Positions 1-9,800 of a stretch of DNA of 38,110 nt are shown piece by piece; within the stretch, counting starts at the first letter, position 1, and each line of letters starts with the position of its first letter. The position numbers were made by a program, and so were the translations under genes. Below the pieces are notes generated by a model that made no database searches, was not told the origin of the DNA, and worked only from the letters and a program-made list of their open reading frames with translations. Origin of the DNA: an uncultured bacterium (GTDB taxonomy: Bacteria > Hydrothermota > Hydrothermia > Hydrothermales > Hydrothermaceae); NCBI GenBank assembly GCA_964623395.1, contig CAZUSI010000003.1:1-38110 (forward strand), given 5' to 3'.

Positions 1-75
1 AATGAAAAATTAATTATAATGGATGAAATATTTTTTTACAAAACATTATAATTATAAACTTATAAGGAGGAAAAA

Positions 76-2625
76 ATGAAAATTTTCATTTTGCTTTTTA
101 TAGTAAATATAAAACCCTATTGGATTTCTTTAGAAGATTATAAAACAGGAATATCAATTTCAAAATGGGTTGAGGAAAATGGAGGAAGAAGAAGGACAAT
201 TTCAAAATTTCTAAATTCTTTTTCTCTTTTTATTCCTGAAAATGAAATTCAGAATTTAAGAAAATTTTCAAAAGATATAAAAAATGTAAAGGAATTTAAA
301 AGTTTTTCTAAGGATTTTAAAGAATTTGATGTTTCTGAATTTAATTATGAAGATTATCAAAAAGTTTTAAAAATAGATAAAGTTCATCAAAAGGGAATAT
401 TTGGAGATAATGTAAAAATAGGTATACTTGATGCAGGTTTTGATTTTAACCACCCTGCCCTAAAACATATTTCAAACCCGAAATATGAAAGATTATTATA
501 TACTCATGATTTTGTTTCAGGAGATCATATTTTTATAAAATTTGGAGCAAATGTTTTTAGAGAAATAAATTATAACAATTTTGGTTCTGCTTACATAAAT
601 AGTTTTGATTTTAAAAAATTTCAAAATGAGGTTATACTATTTTATAGTTATAGCCATGATTCAATAATTTATAACAAAAATTTATGGAAAATATATGGAT
701 GTAAGGTTAATGAATTGGGTGAATTTACATTTTTACCAAAAATTATTAAAAGAGATACTTTTGCAATAAACCCATCTTTTGAAATAATAGGAGATACAAT
801 ATTTTTGAGTTATAAGACAAAAAAGATAAAATGGAACATTAATTTTTTAAAAATTTCTCTTTCAAATTTTGATTTAATTTCTGATACAACACTTTTATCT
901 TCAAAAAACATTATAAATCCTGAAATTTTAAATGCCTTTAATAAATTAAATATATTTTTCATAGATACACAAGGATTTAAGGTTATTTATTCAGAAGATA
1001 AAGGAAATACATGGAATGAAAAATTAATTTTTGAAGGAAATTATATTAATTATAAATTGAGAAAAGATGAAAATGGATTTATTGGAATAATCGTAAAAGG
1101 ATTCCCATGGGAAAGAGACACAATTTTTCTTTTTAAAATTGATTCAATATATAATTCCACATTTTATAAAAAAATTGATATTGGAACTGAAGGAGATATT
1201 ATTGTAAAAAATGATACGATAAATTTGTGCTATTTTGATTATGAAAATCTTATTTTTTCTCAATACATTGATACAATTTTTTTAATTAAAAAAGAAATTG
1301 ATAAAGGAGAATTTATACATTCACCAAAATTTTATTTTGAATTAAACAATTTAAAACTAATTTATTCAAAGGATGGAATTCTTTTTTCATCTTCCTTATT
1401 TTTTAATTCAAAAGTTGAAATTGGATTTTTATATACAGACCTTATAAAATCAATTGATGATGTAATAATTATAAGGAGAAGGGGAGATGATGTCGTAACA
1501 TTTGAGAAGGAAAAAGATTATGATTTTTCAACCTTTTCTCATGGAGCAAGAGTTTTAAGTGTTATCGGTGGAATGTCCTATGAACTTACAGGTGTATCAC
1601 CTGCTTCTAAATTTATCCTTGCAAGAACAGAAAGGACTAAAAATATTTATGGAAATGAATTTGAAAATATTATTGAGGAAGATTTCTGGGTTGAAGGTCT
1701 TGAATGGTTAATATCAAAAGGAGCAAAAATAATAAATAGTTCCTTAGGGTATATTGGATGGTGGAATAAAAAGGACCTTGATGGAAAAACTGCACCTTCA
1801 TCAATTGCAGCAAGTAAAGCAATTAAAAAAGATGTTCTTGTAGTAAATGCAATAGGAAATTTAGGAGAAAATGAATATCACAAACAAATTGGTATTCCTG
1901 ATACAACATTACATGCACCTTCTGATGCAGATTCAATAATAAGTGTTGGTGGAATTGAAATTAATGAAGACACAATTTATGTTCATGAAAAATCTTGTTA
2001 TGGACCATCAGCAGATGGTAGAATAAAACCCGATTTAGTTGCTCCTTGGAAAGCAAAAGTTGCTATTATTTATTTTGAAAATGGTGATACAATAAAGGGT
2101 TATTCTTATGCAAGTGGAACATCCTATTCAACAGCAATAATAACAGGAATATGTGCATTAGCATTATCTGCACATCCTTCCTGGGATGCAAGAAAAATTT
2201 TAAAATATATAAAGAAAACAGCAATAAGATTGAGATATGAAAATTCTGATACAAATAGTGTTTCTGGATGGGGATATCCTGATGCTGAAAAATTTGTATT
2301 TTTAGAAAAACCTGAAATATCTATTCCAGAAGAAAAGGTTGAAAATGATGTTCTTTTTCCCCCTTATCCAAATCCATCAAAATATGGATATATAAATTTC
2401 CCTTATATAATTGTAGAAGGGGAAAGTTATGTAGAATTTAAAATTTATGATTTGTCAGGAAATTTGATCTTTGAAAAAAATTTTGAAAATATGCCATGTG
2501 GAAGACATTTATTTAAATGGAATTTAAAGGATAAGAATGGTAAAAGGGTTTTACCCGGAAATTATATTGCTGTTTTAAAAACCTCTTTTAATACTTCTTA
2601 TCAAAAGTTTACTATAATAAAGTGA
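76..2625 (+). CDS. Secreted subtilisin-family (S8) serine peptidase with a ~330-aa insert between catalytic Asp and His and a T9SS-type C-terminal sorting (FlgD-Ig-like) domain
   Basis: ATG at 76 with AAGGAGG at 64-70. Hydrophobic N-terminus MKIFILLFIV. Triad motifs KIGILDAGFD (Asp119), FSHGARVLS (His489), YASGTSYSTA (Ser683); oxyanion NSSLG. The last ~90 aa (YPNPS..FKIYDLSGNLI..LPGNYIAVLK) resemble a Por/T9SS CTD. Confidence 0.85.
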   Translation: MKIFILLFIVNIKPYWISLEDYKTGISISKWVEENGGRRRTISKFLNSFSLFIPENEIQNLRKFSKDIKNVKEFKSFSKDFKEFDVSEFNYEDYQKVLKIDKVHQKGIFGDNVKIGILDAGFDFNHPALKHISNPKYERLLYTHDFVSGDHIFIKFGANVFREINYNNFGSAYINSFDFKKFQNEVILFYSYSHDSIIYNKNLWKIYGCKVNELGEFTFLPKIIKRDTFAINPSFEIIGDTIFLSYKTKKIKWNINFLKISLSNFDLISDTTLLSSKNIINPEILNAFNKLNIFFIDTQGFKVIYSEDKGNTWNEKLIFEGNYINYKLRKDENGFIGIIVKGFPWERDTIFLFKIDSIYNSTFYKKIDIGTEGDIIVKNDTINLCYFDYENLIFSQYIDTIFLIKKEIDKGEFIHSPKFYFELNNLKLIYSKDGILFSSSLFFNSKVEIGFLYTDLIKSIDDVIIIRRRGDDVVTFEKEKDYDFSTFSHGARVLSVIGGMSYELTGVSPASKFILARTERTKNIYGNEFENIIEEDFWVEGLEWLISKGAKIINSSLGYIGWWNKKDLDGKTAPSSIAASKAIKKDVLVVNAIGNLGENEYHKQIGIPDTTLHAPSDADSIISVGGIEINEDTIYVHEKSCYGPSADGRIKPDLVAPWKAKVAIIYFENGDTIKGYSYASGTSYSTAIITGICALALSAHPSWDARKILKYIKKTAIRLRYENSDTNSVSGWGYPDAEKFVFLEKPEISIPEEKVENDVLFPPYPNPSKYGYINFPYIIVEGESYVEFKIYDLSGNLIFEKNFENMPCGRHLFKWNLKDKNGKRVLPGNYIAVLKTSFNTSYQKFTIIK

Positions 2626-3980
2626 AATTTAAAAGAATTTTAATTGCAAACAGAGGAGAAATTGCTGTAAGAATAATAAATGCGTGCAAGGAACTGGGTA
2701 TAGAAGCAGTTGCTGTTTATTCTGAAGCAGATAGGGATTCATTACATGTTCAATTGGCAGATGAATCAATTTGCATAGGTCCTCCACCCCTTTCTGAAAG
2801 TTATTTGAATGCATCAAGAATAATAAGTGCAGCAGAAATTACAGGATGTGATGCAATACATCCTGGATATGGTATGTTTGCTGAAAATCCTGATTTTGCT
2901 GAAATGGTTATTACATCAGGTTTTAAATTTATAGGACCTTCCCCTTCTATTATAGAGAAGATGGGAGATAAAATATATGCAAAGAATATCATGAAAAAAG
3001 CAGGAGTTAGTGTAGTTCCCGGTTCTGAAAATCCTGTTAAAGACATTAAAGAAGGAATTGAAATAGCAAAAGAAATAGGTTTTCCAGTTCTAATAAAAGC
3101 AGCAGGAGGAGGTGGAGGAAGAGGAATGAGAATTGCAAGAAATGAAAAAGACTTTGAAGTTAATTTTACTCTTGCAAAAGCAGAGGCACTTGCTGCTTTT
3201 AAAGATGAAAGAGTTTATATAGAAAAATTTATTGAAAATCCAAAACATATTGAAGTTCAAGTAGCAGGTGATGGAAAAGAAAACTATCTCCATTTTTTTG
3301 AAAGAGAATGTTCAATTCAAAGAAGACACCAGAAATTAATTGAAGAAGCACCAAGTCCTTCAATTGGTGAAAAAGAAAGAAAGAAATTAACAGAAATGGC
3401 TTTAAAAGGAATAAAATATCTTAAATATGATAGTGTTGGAACAATGGAGTTTATAATGGATGAAAATAAAAATTTTTATTTTATTGAAATGAATACGAGG
3501 ATACAAGTTGAACATCCTGTCACAGAATTTATAACAGGAATAGATTTGATAAAATTACAGATTAAAATAGCAGAAGAAGGAAAAATTGATTTAAAACAAG
3601 ATGAGATAAATATGAAGGGACATTCAATTGAATTAAGAATAAATGCAGAGGATCCAAAAAAAGGATTTTTACCATCACCAGGAAAAATTGAAATGCTTCA
3701 TTTTCCAGGGGGACCTGGTGTAAGAATAGATTCATATATTTATCAGGGATATAAAATTCCATCCTTTTATGATTCTTTAATTGCAAAATTAATAGTTTAT
3801 GGAATTAAAAGAGAGGAGGCAATAAAAAGGATTGAAAGATGCCTTAATGAAATTAAGATTGAGGGAATTCAAACAACCATACCTTTTTATGAATTCTTAA
3901 TTAAAAAGGAAAAATTTTTAAAGGGAACTTACACGACAAATTTTGTTGAAGAGATAATAAATGAGTATTTATCATTATAA
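2622..3980 (+). CDS. accC: Biotin carboxylase (acetyl-CoA carboxylase subunit AccC; alternatively the biotin carboxylase subunit of a two-subunit pyruvate carboxylase)
   Basis: GTG at 2622 overlaps the upstream TGA (GTGA). Motifs ILIANRGEIAVRII, ATP-grasp glycine loop AAGGGGGRGMR and EMNTRIQVEHPVTE. Length of 452 aa is typical. Confidence 0.9.
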   Translation: MKFKRILIANRGEIAVRIINACKELGIEAVAVYSEADRDSLHVQLADESICIGPPPLSESYLNASRIISAAEITGCDAIHPGYGMFAENPDFAEMVITSGFKFIGPSPSIIEKMGDKIYAKNIMKKAGVSVVPGSENPVKDIKEGIEIAKEIGFPVLIKAAGGGGGRGMRIARNEKDFEVNFTLAKAEALAAFKDERVYIEKFIENPKHIEVQVAGDGKENYLHFFERECSIQRRHQKLIEEAPSPSIGEKERKKLTEMALKGIKYLKYDSVGTMEFIMDENKNFYFIEMNTRIQVEHPVTEFITGIDLIKLQIKIAEEGKIDLKQDEINMKGHSIELRINAEDPKKGFLPSPGKIEMLHFPGGPGVRIDSYIYQGYKIPSFYDSLIAKLIVYGIKREEAIKRIERCLNEIKIEGIQTTIPFYEFLIKKEKFLKGTYTTNFVEEIINEYLSL

Positions 3981-4826
3981 ATAATTTTCTGGTAATTCTA
4001 TTGCTTCCAATATTTTTTTTGCTTCTTTTGTTTCTTTTACATCGTGAACCCTTATTATGTCAACTTTCTTTAAAATTAAAAAAGAGGTTATACAAATAGT
4101 TGCGTTTTTCCTTTCAGAAGGATTTTCTATATTAAGAACTTTACCTATAAATGATTTCCTTGAATGTCCTAAAAGAAGAGGATAGGAAAGTTTTTTAAAT
4201 TCTGAAACATTTTTTAAAATTAAAAGGTTATCATAAACCCTTTTACCAAATCCTATTCCGGGATCTATTATTATTTGTTCATCATCAATTTCAAAACTTT
4301 TTAAAAACTTTATTCTTTCCTTGAGTTCTTCTTTTATTTCTTCTATAGTATTTTCATAATAAGGATTTTTTTGCATATCTTTTGGTGTTCCTCTTATGTG
4401 CATCACCACACAACCAGCCCCATATTTTTTTATCACATAAGGCATTCTTTCATCAAATTTCATACCAGAAATATCATTTACAATGTTTGCTCCTTCTTTT
4501 AATGCCAGCTCCGCAACTTCTGATTTATAAGTATCTATTGAAATTGGAATATCACTTTTTTTCCTTAACTCCTTTATAACAGGTAAGACCCTTCTTTTTT
4601 CTTCCTCAACTTCAACAGGCTCAGCCCCTGGTCTTGTTGATTCTCCCCCTATATCAATTATATCTGCTCCTTCATCAATCATTTGAAGAGCTCTTTCAAC
4701 TGCAGCACTAAAATCAAAATATTTTCCTCCATCATAAAAAGAGTCGGGAGTAACATTTAATATGCCCATAATAAGAGGCTTATCTTTTAAAAGAATATAA
4801 CCATCTTTTATCTTTATTTTTTCCAT
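3975..4826 (-). CDS. folP: Dihydropteroate synthase
   Basis: Pterin-binding motifs GILNVTPDSFYDGG, DIIDIGGESTRPG, NDISG, DPGIGFGK. Stop codon overlaps the accC stop (TTATAA). Confidence 0.9.
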   Translation of the reverse strand: MEKIKIKDGYILLKDKPLIMGILNVTPDSFYDGGKYFDFSAAVERALQMIDEGADIIDIGGESTRPGAEPVEVEEEKRRVLPVIKELRKKSDIPISIDTYKSEVAELALKEGANIVNDISGMKFDERMPYVIKKYGAGCVVMHIRGTPKDMQKNPYYENTIEEIKEELKERIKFLKSFEIDDEQIIIDPGIGFGKRVYDNLLILKNVSEFKKLSYPLLLGHSRKSFIGKVLNIENPSERKNATICITSFLILKKVDIIRVHDVKETKEAKKILEAIELPENYL

Positions 4827-4827
4827 A

Positions 4828-4857
4828 TTGACTTTTTAAGATAATTTATTGTATAAT
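4828..4857 (+). promoter_or_regulatory. Sigma-70-type promoter candidate for tRNA-Met
   Basis: TTGACT (4828-4833), 18-nt spacer, TATAAT (4852-4857), 16 nt upstream of the mature tRNA 5' end. An AT-rich background makes chance matches possible. Confidence 0.45.
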
Positions 4858-4873
4858 TATATTCTTCTTTTAA

Positions 4874-4946
4874 GGGCCCGTAGCTCAATGGGTAGAGCAG
4901 CGGACTCATAATCCGTTGGTTGCAGGTTCGAGTCCTGCCGGGCCCA
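4874..4946 (+). tRNA. tRNA with CAT anticodon, elongator type (Met, or Ile2 if the C34 is lysidinylated)
   Basis: Hand-folded 73-nt cloverleaf: acceptor GGGCCCG/CGGGCCC fully paired, D stem GCTC/GAGC, anticodon stem GCGGA/TCCGT, loop CTCATAA, T arm GCAGG-TTCGAGT-CCTGC, discriminator A. No CCA encoded. Confidence 0.9.
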
Positions 4947-4950
4947 TCTT

Positions 4951-5322
4951 TTATTCTTCAAAAATTTTATTTATTTCTTTTTTTAACTCCTCAATAGAAA
5001 AGGGCTTTGGAAAAAATCTTTTCAAACCTTTTAGATTTTTAACTTTTTCTCTTAAATCGTAAGAATCATAGGCAGTAACTATTATGAATTTTATATCAGG
5101 ATATTCCATTTGTAAATTAGCAATTAATTCAAGACCTGATATATCTGGTAATCTTACATCTGTTACAAGAAGGTCATAAGGATTTTCTTTCCATTTCTGA
5201 ATAGCCTCTTTTCCTGTCCTTACACTTTCAACTTCATAGTCACTTCCAAGAATTTGACTTACAAAAAAAGCAAGGGGTGCTTCATCTTCTACAAATAAAA
5301 TTCTCTTTTTACTCCCTTTCAT
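4951..5322 (-). CDS. Stand-alone CheY-like response regulator receiver protein
   Basis: REC motifs ILFVEDE, phospho-acceptor context DLLVTDVRLPDISG, IVTAY, PKPF. ATG overlaps the upstream gene by 14 nt. Confidence 0.85.
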   Translation of the reverse strand: MKGSKKRILFVEDEAPLAFFVSQILGSDYEVESVRTGKEAIQKWKENPYDLLVTDVRLPDISGLELIANLQMEYPDIKFIIVTAYDSYDLREKVKNLKGLKRFFPKPFSIEELKKEINKIFEE

Positions 5323-6829
5323 GTTTTATCACCTCTATAAATTTATTAAGTATTTCTGGATCAAATTTTTTACCCGAATATTTTTTTAAAAATTCAATTG
5401 CTTCATCTTTTGTAAGTTTATTAGAATAAATTCTTTCATTTGTAATTGAATCATATACATCACATATTGATAGTATTCTTGCCCCAATAGGAATTTCTTC
5501 TCCTTTAAGTCCCTCAGGGTATCCTGTTCCATCATAATTTTCATGATGATGTTTAATAATAGGTATAGCATCTTTTAAAAATTTTAAAGGACTTAAAATT
5601 TCAATTCCTATTCTTATATGTTCCTTCATTTTTTCATACTCCTCTTCATCAAGTTCAAAAGGTTTTTCTAAAATATATTCCCTTACTCCTATTTTACCTA
5701 TGTCATGAAGTAAGGCAGCATATCTTAAAATTTTGAGCTCTTCATCGTTAAGATTAAGTTTTTTACCGAGAAGATGAACGAGTCTTGCAACTCTTGAAGA
5801 ATGCCCTTTTATACTTCTATCTTTTGCTTCCTGTGCTTTAACAAGGGAAAGAAGACTTTCAACATAGCTTTTTTCAACTTTTTCAAAAAGCATTGAATTA
5901 CAAAGAGCAATTGAAATTGTATTTAAATAAATATCAAAGATATCAATAATTTTTGAAAAAGAAAAATCTTCCTTCCTTGTTCCTATCATAAAAACACCAA
6001 AAGGTTCTCTATTTTTTGTTTTTAATAGACCAATGCATATTTCTTTTATTTCACCTTCCGGATATTCCACAATTTGTGGCTCTTTTTTTTCGTTCAATTC
6101 CCTGAAAAATGGGTGATAAAAATCAAATTTGAATTCAGGCTCAAAAAATTTCTCAAATCCAATGAAATGTTTAATATATAAAGTATCAGGATAATTTTCA
6201 TCTTTTAATAATATAGCTGCATCCTCAATTCCAAAAATTTCTTTTGCCCCTTTTAATATTCCTATAGAAAGTTTTTCAAAATCCAATTCTTCATTAAGGG
6301 AATCAGTTATTTTATGCAATTCGGAAAGAATTTTGAGTTTCTCCTCAAGTTCTTTATCTACTTCTTCTTTTGCCATTTCTAATTTCTTATAAGCAATTTT
6401 AAGTTCTTGATTTGCAATTTTAAGTTCTTCCAAAAGTTTTTTATTCTCCTTTAAAAGTTTTCTTTTAGTTAAAGCATTTTTAACTGCTATTTTTATCTGT
6501 TCCGCCTTAAAGGGTTTTAATATATAATCATATGCACCCATTTTTATTGCTTCAATAGAAGTGTCTAAGGATGCAAAAGCAGTCATCATTATAACCTGTA
6601 TATCTTCATCAAATATTTTTGCTGCTTTAAGAACTTCAATTCCAGAAATATCAGGCAATTTTATATCTTGAAGTATACAATCGGGATGAAAACCTTCAAT
6701 CATCTTTATTGCATCTTCTCCAGTATAAGCAGTTCTTATTTCATAATCAGGTGATTCTGTAGAAAGAAGCCTTGCAAGGAAAAGGGTTAAGGCTTCTTCA
6801 TCATCTACTATTAAAATTTTTTCCTTCAT
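5309..6829 (-). CDS. Response regulator with REC, coiled-coil/GAF-like middle region and HD-GYP domain (predicted c-di-GMP phosphodiesterase)
   Basis: REC motifs ILIVDDEE, ILQDIKLPDISG, LKPF. HD-GYP motifs GHSSRVA, LLHDIGKIGV, HHHENYDGTGYPEGL. ATGA overlap with the kinase gene. Confidence 0.85.
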   Translation of the reverse strand: MKEKILIVDDEEALTLFLARLLSTESPDYEIRTAYTGEDAIKMIEGFHPDCILQDIKLPDISGIEVLKAAKIFDEDIQVIMMTAFASLDTSIEAIKMGAYDYILKPFKAEQIKIAVKNALTKRKLLKENKKLLEELKIANQELKIAYKKLEMAKEEVDKELEEKLKILSELHKITDSLNEELDFEKLSIGILKGAKEIFGIEDAAILLKDENYPDTLYIKHFIGFEKFFEPEFKFDFYHPFFRELNEKKEPQIVEYPEGEIKEICIGLLKTKNREPFGVFMIGTRKEDFSFSKIIDIFDIYLNTISIALCNSMLFEKVEKSYVESLLSLVKAQEAKDRSIKGHSSRVARLVHLLGKKLNLNDEELKILRYAALLHDIGKIGVREYILEKPFELDEEEYEKMKEHIRIGIEILSPLKFLKDAIPIIKHHHENYDGTGYPEGLKGEEIPIGARILSICDVYDSITNERIYSNKLTKDEAIEFLKKYSGKKFDPEILNKFIEVIKHERE

Positions 6830-9800
6830 AAAGGCAGATAAATTCTAAAAATTGTTCCTTTTTCATATTCAGATTCTACTTCTATTTTTCCACCATGTTC
6901 CTCAACAATTTTATGCACAATCGCAAGTCCTAAACCTGAACCACCTTTTTTTGTTGAAAAGAATGGTTCAAATATGCTATGCAAATATTCTTCTTTTATA
7001 CCTTTACCATTATCCTTACACCATAAAATAGCATTATTCCCAAATCTTTTAACTCCAATTTCTATTTCACCTTCCTTTTCAATTGCTTCTATAGAATTTC
7101 TTAAAATATTTAAAATTACTTCTTTAAATTGATCAGGATCAAGGTAAAGTATTAGCTCTTCATCTTCAAAATTTTGTAAAATTTTTATCTCTTTTCCAAC
7201 TATCTCAGGAGTAATAAAAAGAATGCTCTCCTTTAATAAATTCACTATGTTTACAGGAATTTTTCTAACAGGTCTTCTACTTGCAAAAGATAAAAGATTT
7301 TTAATTAATCTATCCAATCTGTATATCTCTTTTAAAATCATATCTATATAAATTTTAATGTTTTCATCCTTTGGAAGTTTTTCACTTATGAATTCTATAC
7401 CTGTAGAAATACTTGCTAACGGATTTTTAATCTCGTGAGCCATATAGGCAGCAATTTTTCCCATAGCAGACAATCTTTCTGTCCTTCTAAGCTGTTCTTC
7501 AAGTTTTGCAACTTCCCTAATATCTTCAACAATTAATATTATTCCATTTATTACATCACCTGGACCGTATATAAAACTACTTGTTATAGCAAGTGGAACT
7601 GCCTCACCTTTTATATCAGTTATAAATTTTTCCCTAAAAAGTGGAGTTCTATTTACAAATGAATTCTCTATTTTACAAAATCCACCTTTTGGATGAGAAC
7701 AAATAAAATCACAAATTTTTTTCCCTATAAGTTCTTTTGCTTCTCTCTTTAAGAGTAAATTAAAACCTTCGTTTACCCTTTTTATGTTTAAATCTGTATC
7801 AGTGACAACAATTCCAACTGGAATATTTCTTAAAACCATTTCACTAAATTTTACTTCTTCTTCTAAAAAAGATAACATTTCTTCTCTTTGTTCTTTATCA
7901 AAAATATTTTCAATAAAAATAGAGATTTGAGATGCTAAATTTTCAAGAAATGCTATATCTTCTTCAGAAAAGTCATAAAAACGAGGAGAGGAAATAACAA
8001 TAACACCAATTTTTTCTCTTTCAGTTTTAAGGGGAATTGCAACTTCAGATTTTATTAGGTCTGAAACTTTTACATAAAAGGGAGATTTTGTTACATCCGG
8101 AGAATAAATTGTCTCTCCATTTTTAAAAGCAATACCTGAAAGTCCTTCTTCGCCTATTTTTAATCTTATACTTAAATCCCTATATTTTTCATATCCTGAA
8201 GAAGAAATGAGTTTTAAATAATCGTCCTCCTTTAAAAGTATACCTACAAAAGAATATCCAAAATTTTCTCTTATTATATTGCAAACTTCATCAAGGTATT
8301 CCTTTAAAGATGAAATTTCTATTTCCTTCTCGGTTAATCTTTTTAATGCCTGAAGTAAAATTTTGTTTTTATTATATCTTTCAATTTTAAAAAGAAATTC
8401 AAAGTAAGATTTTAGAAATTCCTTTACAATATAAATTCTTTCAATATTTTTTGGATTAAGAATATATAGGGCCATTAACGGTTTTTCTTTAAGAATTAAA
8501 AAAGCATATTCTTTTGAAATTCTTTCCTCTTTAATTTGAATTTCCTCTAAGGAAAAAATCTCTTCTTCTTGAGGAAAATGATAAATTAAAGATAACCTAT
8601 CCCCTTTTTCCCCCATTATAAGAATTTTTTCGCAATTAAAGATTTTACAAAGAGCTTCACAAATATTTTTGTAAACAATTTTAATGTCAGTTTCTTGAAT
8701 AAAGGAATCTATTAAAATACTTGTTAATTCCTTATGAATAGAGAAAATTTCTCTTCTTAAATTAATACTTAAAATTTTTTCAACAAATTCTACTTCATAT
8801 TCAAAACTTTTTATTTCTTTTTCAGATAAGACACTACTTGTTACAAAAACAATAAAGCCATTCTTGATTTTAAAAGGAATTATATAAAAATAATAATTAT
8901 TTAAAGAAAAATGTGCATTAATTATTTTTTCAGGAGATCCCTTTAAAACTTTTTCAAACTCTTGTTTCCCTTTTCCTTTCCAGAAATTAAAATTTTCATA
9001 ATTTAAGCCAACACCTTCAAAATTATAAATTTCAATAAAAAGATTAAGAATATTTTCAACATAACCTTCTAATGAAATTTCTTCCTTTTCAGTTTCTGGA
9101 AGCAAATAACAAAAATTAATTTCCTTTTCTCTCCTTATTATATCTTGATACAAATAGAGATTTTTTATAATTAAAAGTAAAAAATTGCTAATTTTTTCTA
9201 AAAATCTTATATCTACATCTTTAAAAGCATCTTCCTTTTCAGAACCTATACCTATTGTTCCATAAACCATTTCCTTATCTTTTATTGGAATGATAAGCTC
9301 TGATTTTTCTGCTTGAGAAGACCTATAATATTCTTTAACTTTTTCAACATCCGGTGCATAAAAGACCACACCTGTTTCAATAACTTTACCTGTAATTCCT
9401 TCTCCTATCCTAAAAATATTCTTTTTAAATTCTTCCTCTTTAAAAGGTGGCCTTGTAACAAGAGCAACCCTTTTATAAACCTTAAGTTTTTCATCGTAAA
9501 GAAAAATTGTAACTTTACCTGCTTTTGTAATATTCAATAAAAATTGAGAAAATTTTTGTAAAATCAAATTTGTATCCTGAATTTGGGAAATTTCAGAAAG
9601 AAAATTAACTAAATTTTCATGAAAAAATATTTCACTTTTCTTTTCAATAAAAATAGCCTTTGTATTATTTAAGAGCTCTATAATATTAACATTATAAATA
9701 TCTTTAATTTCTTTTAATTTTTCAAATTCATCTCCACGATATAGAGAAATAAAAAATTTTTTTAATTCTTCTTTTTCATCTCCAAAGAAATAATTTATAA

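Noticed and set aside
2066-4579. Several 60-81 aa ORFs antisense to the S8 peptidase, accC and folP genes
   Set aside because: They are short, lie within strongly supported genes on the opposite strand, and have no SD or motif. They are treated as noise.
4874-4946. tRNA(CAT) at 4874 as a second initiator tRNA
   Set aside because: Position 1:72 is a normal G:C pair, and the anticodon stem (GCGGA/TCCGT) lacks the three consecutive G:C pairs. It is an elongator Met or Ile2 type.
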